Source of the DNA: Eubacteriales bacterium
Lineage (GTDB): Bacteria; Bacillota; Clostridia; Oscillospirales; JAAYXM01
NCBI GenBank assembly: GCA_045544695.1
Contig: JAZPZP010000022.1
Location: forward strand, 1-43,943
Direction of reading: 5' to 3'
DNA length: 43,943 bases
In this document: positions 27,594-39,452 of the stretch, in pieces
Numbering within the stretch: position 1 is the stretch's first letter
Layout of the letters: each line of letters starts with the position of its first letter
The notes under the pieces: generated by a model
Told to the model about the DNA's origin: nothing
Databases searched by the model: none
Seen by the model: only the letters and a program-made list of their open reading frames with translations
Made by a program: the position numbers and the translations under genes

Positions 27594-29363
27594 TTACTGT
27601 ACCTCCTCTGCGATGAGTGTTTCGATTTCATCGTTCATAAGATCTGCAATTGCAGCGTACTGAACCTCATAATCCATTTCAGAAATATCTTTAGCACGGC
27701 CGATTCTCTCTCTTGCCGAAATCGCAAAGAGCTCCTTCATCGGAACACCTGCGTCAAGCGCCTTTTTACCGAGTGAGTTAAAGCTTAAAATAAGCTTTAA
27801 GAGCTTTGACTGCTTAGCAAGTGATGAATACGAATCGGTATCGGAGAATGCGTTCTGCTGGAGGAAGTCCTCACGGATAATCTGCGCGGTTTCAAGCGTT
27901 AAACGGTCTTTTGCAGAAAGCGCGTCGATACCTACAAGGCTTACAATCTCCTGCAATTCGCTTTCAAGCTGAAGAATTTGCATCGCATCAGCACGATTCT
28001 TTGAAAAGTCTTTTTCAATATTTGCATTAAACCACGGTGACAATCTGTCTAAGTATAACGAATATGAATTAAGCCAGTTGATTGCCGGGAAGTGACGGCG
28101 GTATGCAAGTGAGCTGTCAAGTCCCCAGAACACCTTAACGATTCGGAGTGTTGCCTGAGCAACCGGCTCGGAAATGTCACCGCCCGGAGGGGAAACCGCA
28201 CCGATCGCAGTGAGCGAGCCGGCTCTGTCGTCTGATCCTTTACAGATAATTCTTCCTGCGCGCTCGTAAAACTGTGCAAGACGCGAGGAAAGATAAGCAG
28301 GATAACCCTCATCACCCGGCATCTCCTCAAGTCGGCCCGACATCTCACGCAGAGCCTCTGCCCAACGGGAAGTCGAATCCGCAATAACCGCAACGTCATA
28401 ACCCATATCGCGGTAATATTCAGCAATCGTAATACCTGTGTAAATCGAAGCCTCACGCGCTGCAACAGGCATATCCGATGTATTTGCAATAAGAATCGTT
28501 CTCTTCATAAGAGACTCGCCCGTCTTCGGGTCAGAAAGCTCAGGGAACTCGCGTAAAACGTCGGTCATCTCATTTCCGCGCTCGCCGCAGCCGATGTATA
28601 CAACGATGTCAACATCCGACCACTTCGCAAGCTGGTGCTGAACGACGGTTTTTCCACTTCCGAATGGGCCCGGAACCGCAGCGGTACCGCCCTTTGCAAT
28701 CGGGAAAATTGTATCTATAATTCTCTGACCGGTCATCATTGGAACGTCCGGCGGTAACTTTTCTTTAAATGGACGACCGACACGAACAGGCCATTTCTGA
28801 AGCATCGAAACCTCAACGATGTCACCATCTGCTTTGCGGATTTTTGCAACCGTATCTTCGACCTTCTTTTTACCTGCTGAAATCTCAACGATTTCGCCTG
28901 CTGCTCCCTTCGGCACCATAATTCTGTGCTCGACGATAATAGTTTCCGAAACGACGCCTAAAATGTCGCCCTCGGAAACCTCCTGGCCAACCGTTACCTT
29001 CGGTGAGAAGTCCCACTCGCGTTCACGGTCAACTGCAGGAACATCAATTCCGCGCGAAATATTACTGCCGGAAAGAGCGCGGATTTTCTCAAGCGGGCGC
29101 TGAATTCCGTCATAAATATTTTCGATAAGACCCGGGGCTAACTCAACCGAGAGCGGAACGCCCGTCGTTTCGACCTCGTCACCAAAGCCGATACCTGCGG
29201 TTTCCTCATAAACCTGAATTGATGCCTGGTCTCCGCGCATCTCGATAATCTCGCCAATAAGGCGCTCCTTACCGACGCGCACAACGTCAAACATATTTGC
29301 ATGAGAAAGTCCCTCCGCAACGATAAGCGGACCCGAAACCTTTATAATTTTTCCGTTACTCAT
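27594..29363 (-). CDS. ntpA: V-type ATPase catalytic subunit A
   Basis: 589 aa. Walker [10 protein letters not shown], plus the non-homologous insert typical of A subunits. Confidence 0.95.
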   Translation of the reverse strand: MSNGKIIKVSGPLIVAEGLSHANMFDVVRVGKERLIGEIIEMRGDQASIQVYEETAGIGFGDEVETTGVPLSVELAPGLIENIYDGIQRPLEKIRALSGSNISRGIDVPAVDREREWDFSPKVTVGQEVSEGDILGVVSETIIVEHRIMVPKGAAGEIVEISAGKKKVEDTVAKIRKADGDIVEVSMLQKWPVRVGRPFKEKLPPDVPMMTGQRIIDTIFPIAKGGTAAVPGPFGSGKTVVQHQLAKWSDVDIVVYIGCGERGNEMTDVLREFPELSDPKTGESLMKRTILIANTSDMPVAAREASIYTGITIAEYYRDMGYDVAVIADSTSRWAEALREMSGRLEEMPGDEGYPAYLSSRLAQFYERAGRIICKGSDDRAGSLTAIGAVSPPGGDISEPVAQATLRIVKVFWGLDSSLAYRRHFPAINWLNSYSLYLDRLSPWFNANIEKDFSKNRADAMQILQLESELQEIVSLVGIDALSAKDRLTLETAQIIREDFLQQNAFSDTDSYSSLAKQSKLLKLILSFNSLGKKALDAGVPMKELFAISARERIGRAKDISEMDYEVQYAAIADLMNDEIETLIAEEVQ

Positions 29364-29389
29364 ATTTTACACTCCATTCAGCTTGGAAT

Positions 29390-29704
29390 CTAATTGTCTA
29401 AAATATCTGCGCCAACCGCGCGTTCAACCGTTTTGTGAACGCCGCGCATTCCAATTCCCAAGGATCCTTCCTTGCCGGGAATCAAAATTATTGCCGGGTG
29501 CATGGCATCTTTAAAGCCTGCAATTTCATCTTCAATCAAGACTGCAAGCTGTTCAGTTATATAAATTATCGCATAGTCTTCTTTTGCAAGGCTATTAAGC
29601 TTTAAACGCGCCTCCTCCGCATCTTCAATCGCGAAGGTGTCAAAGCCGAGAGCCTTAAAGCCGAGAGTGCTGACGCGATCTCCCATTACAGCAACCTTAT
29701 ACAT
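29390..29704 (-). CDS. ntpG: V-type ATPase subunit F (NtpG position in E. hirae nomenclature)
   Basis: 104 aa (MYKVAVMGDRVSTLGFKALGFD...). Overlaps the ntpC end by 8 nt. Confidence 0.8.
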   Translation of the reverse strand: MYKVAVMGDRVSTLGFKALGFDTFAIEDAEEARLKLNSLAKEDYAIIYITEQLAVLIEDEIAGFKDAMHPAIILIPGKEGSLGIGMRGVHKTVERAVGADILDN

Positions 29705-30680
29705 AACATTCCCTCAATCTCTCGCGAATTTCATCGCGCGGTAAATCCTGCGCCTTACCCGCCGCAATTATACGAATTGCAGTGATGTCCGCCTCGCGCG
29801 CCGCAATGTATGCGGTGAGCGGAGCCTCGCCGAATGCGACATAGCGCGCGGATTTAAGATATTTCATAACCGCATTGTCACAAGCGCGCTCAAACTGAGT
29901 AAGTGATGCGCCTGTATGAGATAAACTATGCGCTTCCTCGAGCTCGGTTCCGGTATAAGCATCACCTAAACTTCCGCTCATATATGCCGACTCAATTCTA
30001 TCCTTTGAAATACTCCCGCCCGAAACCAGCGCTTTACTTAAAAAATCAGCATCCTTTTTCTGGCGAGCGGCACGAACCGCTATGCGTAAATTCAAAGTAT
30101 CAATTAAAATCGAAACATAGCCTTTTAAAAAGCTATCGTTTGATTTCATAGCTTCCGCTTTCATTTCATCAAAATACGCGTGGTCTAAAATAAGGTCACA
30201 GCTCTGCGCATCTTCCGTTCTTGATAAAACCTCTCTTGCGCGCGGAATTGCATCTTTAAGAGCGTCACTTAAATCGCGCAAATCACCCTGGTGAATAGCT
30301 GAAGCAAGTGCTTTTGCGCTATATCTTCCCGCATCAATAAGTAGCGATTCACTACTCTGCCCTGCGGCATCGCTTTTTAAAATAACCTTGACGTTATGAT
30401 AGTCATATTTCATACGAAATACATCGCAAATCGCCTTATTAGGCGAAATTTCGCTCATCGTCGTGTAAGTTTCGCGACGAGCGGTGGCGAGCACTTTCTC
30501 AATTTCAAGCGCATTTACATTCTGCATATCGCTATATCCGAAATTTGAGAGTGTTTTCGCCATATCCTCAAAGGATGCGGCGTCAATCAGCGCGTCAAGA
30601 GCTACAGAGTCCAGAAGATTCTTTTCAAGGGAGCGGACACGCATTGACGCGTACAGATAATCGGTATCACGAGTTTTCAT
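29697..30680 (-). CDS. ntpC: V-type ATPase subunit C (d-type)
   Basis: 327 aa, all-helical. Assigned by its position between E and F. Confidence 0.8.
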   Translation of the reverse strand: MKTRDTDYLYASMRVRSLEKNLLDSVALDALIDAASFEDMAKTLSNFGYSDMQNVNALEIEKVLATARRETYTTMSEISPNKAICDVFRMKYDYHNVKVILKSDAAGQSSESLLIDAGRYSAKALASAIHQGDLRDLSDALKDAIPRAREVLSRTEDAQSCDLILDHAYFDEMKAEAMKSNDSFLKGYVSILIDTLNLRIAVRAARQKKDADFLSKALVSGGSISKDRIESAYMSGSLGDAYTGTELEEAHSLSHTGASLTQFERACDNAVMKYLKSARYVAFGEAPLTAYIAAREADITAIRIIAAGKAQDLPRDEIRERLRECYV

Positions 30681-30692
30681 ATCAATTGCTCC

Positions 30693-31322
30693 TTAACCGA
30701 AAAGTATGTTTGCAACATCGCCTGCGAGCTCGTCGCGCAGCTGCGAAATTATCGTTTTAAACGAAGCATCAATCTCAAGCGTTCCCTCTTTCAGAATGAG
30801 GCCACCCTCAATTTCGCGTGTTTCATCGGAAAGAGTAAGGCCTTCGCCACGGATAAGCTTACCTGCGGTTTTGAGAATCCCGTCGCCCTCGCTGAGTTTT
30901 TTATTGGCGAGAGATACAACGCTTTTGCCGTATTTTGCGCGGTCCTCTTCAGACATAATAATCTCTTCGTTTCCGCTTATAGTTGCCGAAAGCACGAGAG
31001 AGGTGAGCATATTTACATACTCATCCCCTTCCTGCGCGCAAAGCTTTGTAACCGCTTCGCTAAACGCAATGTCAATCATTTGCTGCTTTGTGCGAAGAAG
31101 CATTTTACGAGCTTCCAAACCGGCAACGCCGCTGAGTCGCTCGCAACGCTCGTCAGCAAGCTTCTTTCCCTTTGAAAGAATTTCCGAAGCTTCTGTCTTT
31201 GCCTTTTGGGCAAAATTTTCACTTATCGCCTGTGCATCAATTTCAGCTTGTGCTTTAATTTCTTTTGCAGTATTTTCCGCATCTTCAAGGATGCGTTTTG
31301 TTATATTTTCAATGCCGTTCAT
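30693..31322 (-). CDS. ntpE: V-type ATPase subunit E (peripheral stalk)
   Basis: 209 aa. Ala/Glu/Lys-rich coiled-coil N-half and a globular C-half. Confidence 0.8.
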   Translation of the reverse strand: MNGIENITKRILEDAENTAKEIKAQAEIDAQAISENFAQKAKTEASEILSKGKKLADERCERLSGVAGLEARKMLLRTKQQMIDIAFSEAVTKLCAQEGDEYVNMLTSLVLSATISGNEEIIMSEEDRAKYGKSVVSLANKKLSEGDGILKTAGKLIRGEGLTLSDETREIEGGLILKEGTLEIDASFKTIISQLRDELAGDVANILFG

Positions 31323-31339
31323 ATGGCTTCATCCCTAAA

Positions 31340-33748
<2,409 letters not shown>

Positions 33749-33749
<1 letters not shown>

Positions 33750-34063
33750 TAGCCTTTCACAACCTTTTCTGCAATAAATGCCGCGGCATCAGCCATACGG
33801 CCTTTAGCTAAAACGCGAAGCTTTTCGCATTCGCGCTCGGTACCCGATGTAATTTCAAGCGATGCTGAGGCAGCTGCATCCTCTGCCTTTGAAAGCATTT
33901 CGGAAACTGACTTCTCTGCATTTGCAATTTCACTGTCATAGCTTGCGCGTGCATTCTTTTCTGCATCGGCAACAATGCGTTTTGCCTCCGCACGAGCAGC
34001 TGCAACTATACCGTCTGCACGAGTCTCCGCTTCGGTAATTTTAAAAATTGCTTCCTGTGCCAT
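33749..34063 (-). CDS. ntpF: V-type ATPase small peripheral-stalk subunit (G/H-like; NtpF position)
   Basis: 104 aa, Ala/Glu/Lys-rich helix (EAETRADGIVAAARAEAKRIVADAEKNA). First gene of the operon. Confidence 0.6.
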
Positions 34064-34100
34064 TATTCCACCGCCTTTTTAAAATTTACTAATTATTTTC

Positions 34101-34129
34101 ATAATAACATATTTTTCCTTTTAAGTAAA
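34101..34129 (-). promoter_or_regulatory. Candidate V-ATPase operon promoter
   Basis: Minus strand reads TTTACT (34129-34124), 17 nt, TGtTATTAT (TATTAT at 34106-34101). Confidence 0.35.
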
Positions 34130-34161
34130 GTGAATTTAATATTATTTATTCGCAATTTTCG

Positions 34162-34190
34162 TTGCAGTATAACACCATTTGTGATAAAAT
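34162..34190 (+). promoter_or_regulatory. SigA-type promoter of mrnC
   Basis: TTGCAG (34162-34167), 17 nt, TGaTAAAAT (TAAAAT at 34185-34190). The TTG start used by the track ORF is this -35 element. Confidence 0.5.
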
Positions 34191-34227
34191 TAAAACAAAT
34201 ACAAAGAATTTACTTTCAGGTGGTATT

Positions 34228-34626
34228 ATGACAGATTTTTTACACACTAAAATGTCTAAAAACGAAGTATTCGGTATGAGTATGCTATCTCTTGCCCATG
34301 TTGGCGACGCGGTTTACGATTTGCTCATTCGTACCCGCGAGTGCTCACACGGTGTTCAGTCGGTCAAAACGCTGCACCGCAACACGATAAAGCTTGTAAG
34401 TGCTGTAGCTCAGGCGGAAGCTTACGATAAGCTCCTACCAATACTCAACGAAGACGAGGCGGATATTTTCCGCCGTGGGCGCAATACTAAGGTTAACTCG
34501 CATCCGAAAAACGCACCGCTTGATGCCTATCACAAGGCGACCGCGCTCGAATGTCTTTTCGGATACCTATATCTTCTGGGAGAATATGACAGAGTTAACG
34601 AGCTCTTTGAAATAACTATTATGTAA
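34228..34626 (+). CDS. mrnC: Mini-ribonuclease III
   Basis: 132 aa from ATG 34228. RNase III signature-like LSLAHVGDAVYDLLIR and the C-terminal ATALECLFGYLYL. Confidence 0.85.
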   Translation: MTDFLHTKMSKNEVFGMSMLSLAHVGDAVYDLLIRTRECSHGVQSVKTLHRNTIKLVSAVAQAEAYDKLLPILNEDEADIFRRGRNTKVNSHPKNAPLDAYHKATALECLFGYLYLLGEYDRVNELFEITIM

Positions 34627-34645
34627 GGTCGCGTAATGCGACCTT
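34625..34645. terminator. Shared hairpin between mrnC (+) and the convergent sORF (-)
   Basis: AAGGTCGC (34625-34632), GTAAT loop, GCGACCTT (34638-34645). It overlaps both stop codons (34624-34626 and 34645-34647). The U-tracts are short. Confidence 0.5.
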
Positions 34646-34788
34646 TAATACTGTTTATTGTTATCCTTTTTGTTCTCGAAGCTGTTATTATCCTTCTTGT
34701 TCTGCTCGTTCTTATTCTGGAAGTTATTGTTGTCCTTCTTGTTCTGGTAATTATTATTCTGCTTGTTCTGGAAATTTTCTTTAGACAT
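34645..34788 (-). CDS. 47-aa Asn/Lys/Gln-rich tandem-repeat small protein, function unknown
   Basis: ATG at 34788-34786, with AAGGAG at 34798-34803 (9-nt spacer) and TAA at 34647-34645 abutting the hairpin. Manual codon-by-codon translation: MSKENFQNKQNNNYQNKKDNNNFQNKNEQNKKDNNSFENKKDNNKQY. It is below the 60-aa cut-off of the track. Confidence 0.55.
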   Translation of the reverse strand: MSKENFQNKQNNNYQNKKDNNNFQNKNEQNKKDNNSFENKKDNNKQY

Positions 34789-34836
34789 CTTTATTTTCTC
34801 CTTAATTTTTTATTGCAAGTTGTTTCTTGCATAGTC

Positions 34837-34866
34837 TATTTTGTACACAAAACTTTGTTATTATTC
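34837..34866 (-). promoter_or_regulatory. Forespore (sigma-G-like) promoter motif candidate upstream of the sORF
   Basis: Minus strand reads GAATA (34866-34862), 18 nt, CAAAATA (34843-34837). This fits GHATR-N17/18-CAHWHTA as I remember the B. subtilis sigma-G consensus. The motif is short and degenerate, and the DNA here is AT-rich. Confidence 0.25.
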
Positions 34867-34870
34867 ATAC

Positions 34871-34900
34871 TTGAAAAGGATATGCAAAGTATGATAAAAT
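34871..34900 (+). promoter_or_regulatory. Candidate yebC promoter
   Basis: TTGAAA (34871-34876), 18 nt, TGaTAAAAT (TAAAAT at 34895-34900). Confidence 0.4.
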
Positions 34901-34936
34901 ATAATTTACTAAAGTATTAATGTAAGGAGTTTTACA

Positions 34937-35653
34937 ATGTCCGGTCATTCTAAATGGAAAAATATTCTTCATAAAAAAGAAAAAACTGACGCTCAGCGCG
35001 CAAAAATCTTTACTAAAATAGGTCGTGAAATGGCAGTTGCCGTTCGCGAGGGCGGTCCTGACCCTATTTCTAACTCAAAGCTTCGCGACTGTATCGCAAA
35101 GGCTCGCGCCAACAACGTGCCGAACGATAACATTAAGCGTATTATCGAGCGCGCTTCCGGTGATGGTGCTACCTACGAAACAATCACCTATGAGGGCTAC
35201 GGTCCGAGTGGCATCGCTGTAATTGTCGACACAATGACAGATAACAGAAACCGTACCGCAGGTGAAATGCGCCATTATTTTGATAAGTTCGGCGGTAACT
35301 TAGGTGCTACCGGCTGCGTTTCATGGCAGTTTGATCAAAAAGGCGTTATCGTAATTGAAAAAGGCGATACCGATGAGGACGAAATGATGCTCGCGTTCCT
35401 CGATGCCGGCGCTGATGACATCGATATGGAAGGCGAAGTTTACCAGGTTTTCACTAAGCCGGAGGACTTTTCAACCGTCCGCGAAGCACTTGAGGCAGAC
35501 GGCCATCCGATTTTAGACGCAAATATCGAAATGGTACCGCAGAACTACATCACCCTTTCTTCCGAGGATGATATTAAAAATATGCAAAAATTACTTGATG
35601 CACTCGAAGATAACGATGATGTGCAGAATGTTTATCACAACTGGGAGGAGTAA
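34937..35653 (+). CDS. yebC: YebC/PmpR family DNA-binding transcriptional regulator
   Basis: 238 aa. Hallmark N-terminus [32 protein letters not shown]. Confidence 0.93.
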   Translation: MSGHSKWKNILHKKEKTDAQRAKIFTKIGREMAVAVREGGPDPISNSKLRDCIAKARANNVPNDNIKRIIERASGDGATYETITYEGYGPSGIAVIVDTMTDNRNRTAGEMRHYFDKFGGNLGATGCVSWQFDQKGVIVIEKGDTDEDEMMLAFLDAGADDIDMEGEVYQVFTKPEDFSTVREALEADGHPILDANIEMVPQNYITLSSEDDIKNMQKLLDALEDNDDVQNVYHNWEE

Positions 35654-35681
35654 TTCCCGCCCACCAACGAGGTGAAATTCA

Positions 35682-36884
35682 ATGAGATATGTTGTTATGT
35701 TAGGCGACGGAATGGCTGACCGCAAGGTCGCTTCCCTCGGTAATAAAACTCCGCTTGAAGCGGCAAATAAACCGATGATGGACTATCTTTCGGAAAACGG
35801 CGAATTAGGTCTTGTCCGCACGCTCTACGAAGGTATGCCGACGGGTAGTGACATCGCTAACCTTTCCGTTTTAGGCTACGATCCGAAAAAATATTACACG
35901 GGCCGTTCCCCGATTGAGGCGCTCGGTCTCAATATTCCGCTTTGCGACGATGATACGGTTTTCCGCTTAAATCTCGTAAGCATATCGACGGACGAGCCGT
36001 TTGAAGAAAAAATTATGCTCGACCACAGCTCGGATAAAATTACAAACGAGGAAGCTTATGAGCTTTTAGACGCCCTTAATGCAGAGTTCGGCTCGGATGC
36101 AATTTCCTTCTACCGCGGCGTCAGCTACCGCCACATTTTAATCTGGAAGGGTATCGACTACGGCTACACAATGATGCCGCCGCACGATATTTTAGAGCAG
36201 AAGATTACCGCTTATTTACCGGGCGGCAAGTATGGCAAGCAGGTGCTTTCTATGATGCGCCGCAGCTATGATATTTTAATGGCGCACCCGGTTAATATTT
36301 CCCGAATCGAGCGCGGTCTTCGCCCTGCTAACTGCATGTGGCTCTGGGGTGAGGGCACAAAGCCGCAGATTGACAATTTCCGCGATAAATACGGCATAGG
36401 TGGCGCTGTCGTTACTGCAGTTCCTCTTATCGCAGGTCTTGCCAACGGAATGGGTCTTAAATACATTCCGGTAGAAGGTGCAACCGGCGATTACTATACA
36501 AATTACGAAGGCAAGGCAAATGCTGCTATGAACGCATTGGATAACGGCACTGAGTTTGTCTTTATTCATGTCGAAGGGCCGGACGAATGTGGCCACGACG
36601 GTGACGCTGAGCTCAAGGTTAAGGCAATTGAAAGAATTGATGCCGAAATCTTAACTCCGGTCAAGAGTAAGCTCGATGCATTAGGCGAGCCGTATCGCAT
36701 TTTACTTATGCCTGACCACGCTACTCCGATTGAAATCCGCACTCATTCACTTGATTTAATCCCGTATGTAATCTATGAAAAAGACGGTGACGCTAAAAGC
36801 GGTCTTTCCTACAATGAAGAAAACGCGGCAAAAACCGGCGTCAATGTTTCATTCGGTCACGATTTAATGAAAAAATTTATCTAA
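35682..36884 (+). CDS. apgM: Cofactor-independent phosphoglycerate mutase, archaeal ApgM type (family also proposed as an alternative homoserine kinase)
   Basis: 400 aa. MRYVVMLGDGMADRKV...GNKTPLEAANKPMMDYL...GMPTGSDIANLSVLGYDP...FIHVEGPDECGHDGD...LLMPDHATP (alkaline-phosphatase-superfamily metal ligands). Confidence 0.8.
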   Translation: MRYVVMLGDGMADRKVASLGNKTPLEAANKPMMDYLSENGELGLVRTLYEGMPTGSDIANLSVLGYDPKKYYTGRSPIEALGLNIPLCDDDTVFRLNLVSISTDEPFEEKIMLDHSSDKITNEEAYELLDALNAEFGSDAISFYRGVSYRHILIWKGIDYGYTMMPPHDILEQKITAYLPGGKYGKQVLSMMRRSYDILMAHPVNISRIERGLRPANCMWLWGEGTKPQIDNFRDKYGIGGAVVTAVPLIAGLANGMGLKYIPVEGATGDYYTNYEGKANAAMNALDNGTEFVFIHVEGPDECGHDGDAELKVKAIERIDAEILTPVKSKLDALGEPYRILLMPDHATPIEIRTHSLDLIPYVIYEKDGDAKSGLSYNEENAAKTGVNVSFGHDLMKKFI

Positions 36885-36902
36885 GACAAAGGAGAAAAAG
36901 TA

Positions 36903-38672
36903 ATGCTTACACTTAAACAAAAGCTTTCTGAAATAGTGAGCGCTGCATTTTCATCCTGCGGCTACGATGAAAGCTACGGTTCCGTTACGGTTTCAAACCG
37001 TGAGGACTTATGTCAGTTCCAGTGCAACGGCGCGCTCGTTGCGGCCAAGTTTTACCGCAAAAATCCGCTCGCAATTGCCCAGGAAGTTGTTGCCGCTCTC
37101 GAAGGTAACCCGATTTTCGAGATGGTTACTTTTGCACCTCCCGGCTTTATAAATATGAATGTTTCCGACAGTTATCTCGCGCAGTACGCAGGCGAAATGC
37201 TTGTCGATTCCCGCCTTTGTCTGCCGGAGGCTCCCGATAAAAAGACGATTGTCATCGACTACGGCGGCCCGAATGTCGCAAAACCGTTGCACATCGGTCA
37301 TTTGCGTACAGCGATTATCGGCGAAGCTTTAAAGCGTCTTGCAAAGTTTTTAGGTCACGAGGTAATCGGCGACGTGCATCTCGGTGACTGGGGTCTCCAG
37401 ATGGGTCTTATCATTGCAGGGCTTGAGTCAAAGCAGCCCGAGCTTTGCTACTTTGATGAAAATTACGAGGGCGAATATCCGGAAGGTTGCCCGGTTACGA
37501 TTGACGACTTAAACGCGCTTTACCCTGAGGCAAGTGCGCGCTCAAAGGTCGACGAGGAATTTAAGAAGGTTGCTCAGAAAGCTACCTATGATTTACAGAA
37601 CGGACGTCGTGGCTATGTCGCTTTATGGAAAAGCTTTCTCGACATTTCTGTTTCCGACCTAAAGAAGAGCTATGCTAAATTGAATGTAAATTTTGATAAG
37701 TGGCTCGGCGAGAGCGATTCCGCTCCGTTTGTTGACGATATGCTTAATTCAGTCAAAGAACGCGGACTTGCTTACTTAAGTGACGGTGCGCTCATTATCG
37801 ATGTTGCACTCCCCGATGACAAGGAAGAAATTCCGCCGATAATCATCAGCAAGTCAGACGGAAGCCAGCTCTATGGCACAACCGATATCGCTACAATCAT
37901 TCAGCGCGTGCGCGACTTTGATCCGGACGAAATTTGGTATGTCGTTGACATCCGTCAGGCGCTCCACTTCAAGCAGGTGTTCCGTGCAACACGCAAAGCA
38001 GGTTTTATCCGCGATGATGTCCAGCTTTTCCACATCGGCTTCGGTACGATGAACGGCAAGGATGGTAAGCCGTATAAAACCCGTGACGGCGGTGTTATGC
38101 GTCTTTCCGATTTGATTGAAACCGTTTCCTCTGCAGCACTCGCTAAAATGAACGAGTCTGAGGTAATGCGTGATGTTTCCGATGAAGATAAGAAAATTGA
38201 GGCTGAGAAGGTCGGTATTGCAGCACTTAAGTTCGGTGATCTTATAAATCAGCCGGCTAAGGACTATGTTTTTGATATGGATCGCTTCCTCGCAAGCGAG
38301 GGTAAAACAGGCCCGTATCTCCAGTACTGCGTTGTTCGTATCGCATCCGTTCTCGCTAAGGCTGAGGAAGCTAATCTCGCTTGCGGTGATATTTTAGCTC
38401 CTGCTTCCGCTTCCGAGCGTGCACTCATCTTAAAGCTCGCAAGCGTTGGCGACGTGCTCTTCCGCGCGATTGATGAAAAAGCGCCGACAGGTATCTGCGA
38501 GGTACTCTTCGATATCGCAGGTGTATTCAACCGCTTCTATCACGAGAATAAGATTCTTACCGAGGAGGATGCCGCTCGCCGCGCGTCCTGGTTATCACTT
38601 TTAAAGCTTACGCACAGAATGATGACAACTCTACTCGAAATTTTAGCAATCGACATTCCCGATCACATGTAA
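36903..38672 (+). CDS. argS: Arginine--tRNA ligase
   Basis: 589 aa. HIGH motif in AKPLHIGHLRT, an Arg_tRNA_synt_N-like N-terminus, and a DALR anticodon-binding C-terminus ending ...AIDIPDHM. Confidence 0.93.
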   Translation: MLTLKQKLSEIVSAAFSSCGYDESYGSVTVSNREDLCQFQCNGALVAAKFYRKNPLAIAQEVVAALEGNPIFEMVTFAPPGFINMNVSDSYLAQYAGEMLVDSRLCLPEAPDKKTIVIDYGGPNVAKPLHIGHLRTAIIGEALKRLAKFLGHEVIGDVHLGDWGLQMGLIIAGLESKQPELCYFDENYEGEYPEGCPVTIDDLNALYPEASARSKVDEEFKKVAQKATYDLQNGRRGYVALWKSFLDISVSDLKKSYAKLNVNFDKWLGESDSAPFVDDMLNSVKERGLAYLSDGALIIDVALPDDKEEIPPIIISKSDGSQLYGTTDIATIIQRVRDFDPDEIWYVVDIRQALHFKQVFRATRKAGFIRDDVQLFHIGFGTMNGKDGKPYKTRDGGVMRLSDLIETVSSAALAKMNESEVMRDVSDEDKKIEAEKVGIAALKFGDLINQPAKDYVFDMDRFLASEGKTGPYLQYCVVRIASVLAKAEEANLACGDILAPASASERALILKLASVGDVLFRAIDEKAPTGICEVLFDIAGVFNRFYHENKILTEEDAARRASWLSLLKLTHRMMTTLLEILAIDIPDHM

Positions 38673-38675
38673 AAC

Positions 38676-38705
38676 AAAAAGAAGTGTCATATGACACTTC
38701 TTTTT
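38676..38705. terminator. Bidirectional terminator between argS and convergent xth
   Basis: Perfect palindrome AAAAAGAAGTGTCAT|ATGACACTTCTTTTT (38676-38705). Confidence 0.85.
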
Positions 38706-39452
38706 TTATTTAATTTCAAGCTCGACCGGGCAGTGGTCACTGCCCATTATATCCTTATGGATTTTAGCATCAACCAAGCGCGCCTCAAGCGCCTTTGAAG
38801 TTAAAAAGTAGTCAATACGCCAGCCTGCGTTATTCTCGCGCGCGTGGTACATATACGACCACCACGTGTATGCTCCCGTAACATCAGGATAAAAATGGCG
38901 GAATGTATCAATATATCCTGAATCGAGAAGATTTTGCATACACTCGCGTTCCTGAATCGAATAACCCGCATTATTTTCATTCGATTTCGGGTTTTTAAGG
39001 TCAATCGGACCTCTTGCAACGTTCATATCTCCGCAAATTATAACCGGCTTATCAAGGCTATTGCAGTAATCGCGAAACGCCTCTTCCCATTTAACTCGGT
39101 AATCAATTCTTGCAAGACCGCGCTGAGCATTCGGAACATAGACATTTACAAGATAAAAATCCTCAAACTCAAGCGTTATCATTCTGCCCTCGTTGTCGTG
39201 CTCGGGAATACCCATTCCGTATTTAACGGATTTCGGATTTATTTTACTGAAAACTGCTGTACCCGAATACCCCTTCTTTTCCGCGCTGTTCCAAAACTGA
39301 AAATATCCCGGGGTATTAAGCTCAATCTGACCTTCCTGCAATTTAGTTTCCTGAATACAAAAAATATCCGCATCAATATCAGAGAAATAGTCGTTAAATC
39401 CTTTAGTAACACAGGCGCGAAGTCCGTTAACATTCCACGAAATCAATTTCAT
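38706..39452 (-). CDS. xth: Exodeoxyribonuclease III (AP endonuclease, ExoA/Xth)
   Basis: 248 aa. MKLISWNVNGLRA...FCIQETK...GDMNVA...SDHCPVELEI. Its ATG overlaps the TGA of the upstream gene (ATGA at 39449-39452). Confidence 0.93.
   Translation of the reverse strand: MKLISWNVNGLRACVTKGFNDYFSDIDADIFCIQETKLQEGQIELNTPGYFQFWNSAEKKGYSGTAVFSKINPKSVKYGMGIPEHDNEGRMITLEFEDFYLVNVYVPNAQRGLARIDYRVKWEEAFRDYCNSLDKPVIICGDMNVARGPIDLKNPKSNENNAGYSIQERECMQNLLDSGYIDTFRHFYPDVTGAYTWWSYMYHARENNAGWRIDYFLTSKALEARLVDAKIHKDIMGSDHCPVELEIK

Noticed and set aside
34636-34920. Track ORF of 94 aa, extremely Leu/Val/Ile-rich (MRPLILFIVILFVLEAVIILLVLLVL...)
   Set aside because: It is the antisense image of the Asn/Lys/Gln sORF codons. 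It starts inside the mrnC terminator hairpin with only a weak AAGG upstream. Its second half runs through AT-rich promoter-like DNA up to the yebC RBS. The minus-strand sORF has the better RBS, start and terminator, although the plus ORF is not formally excluded.
36885-36902. T-box or other leader in front of argS
   Set aside because: Only 18 nt separate the apgM stop from the argS ATG. argS must be co-transcribed with apgM, leaving no room for a riboswitch.
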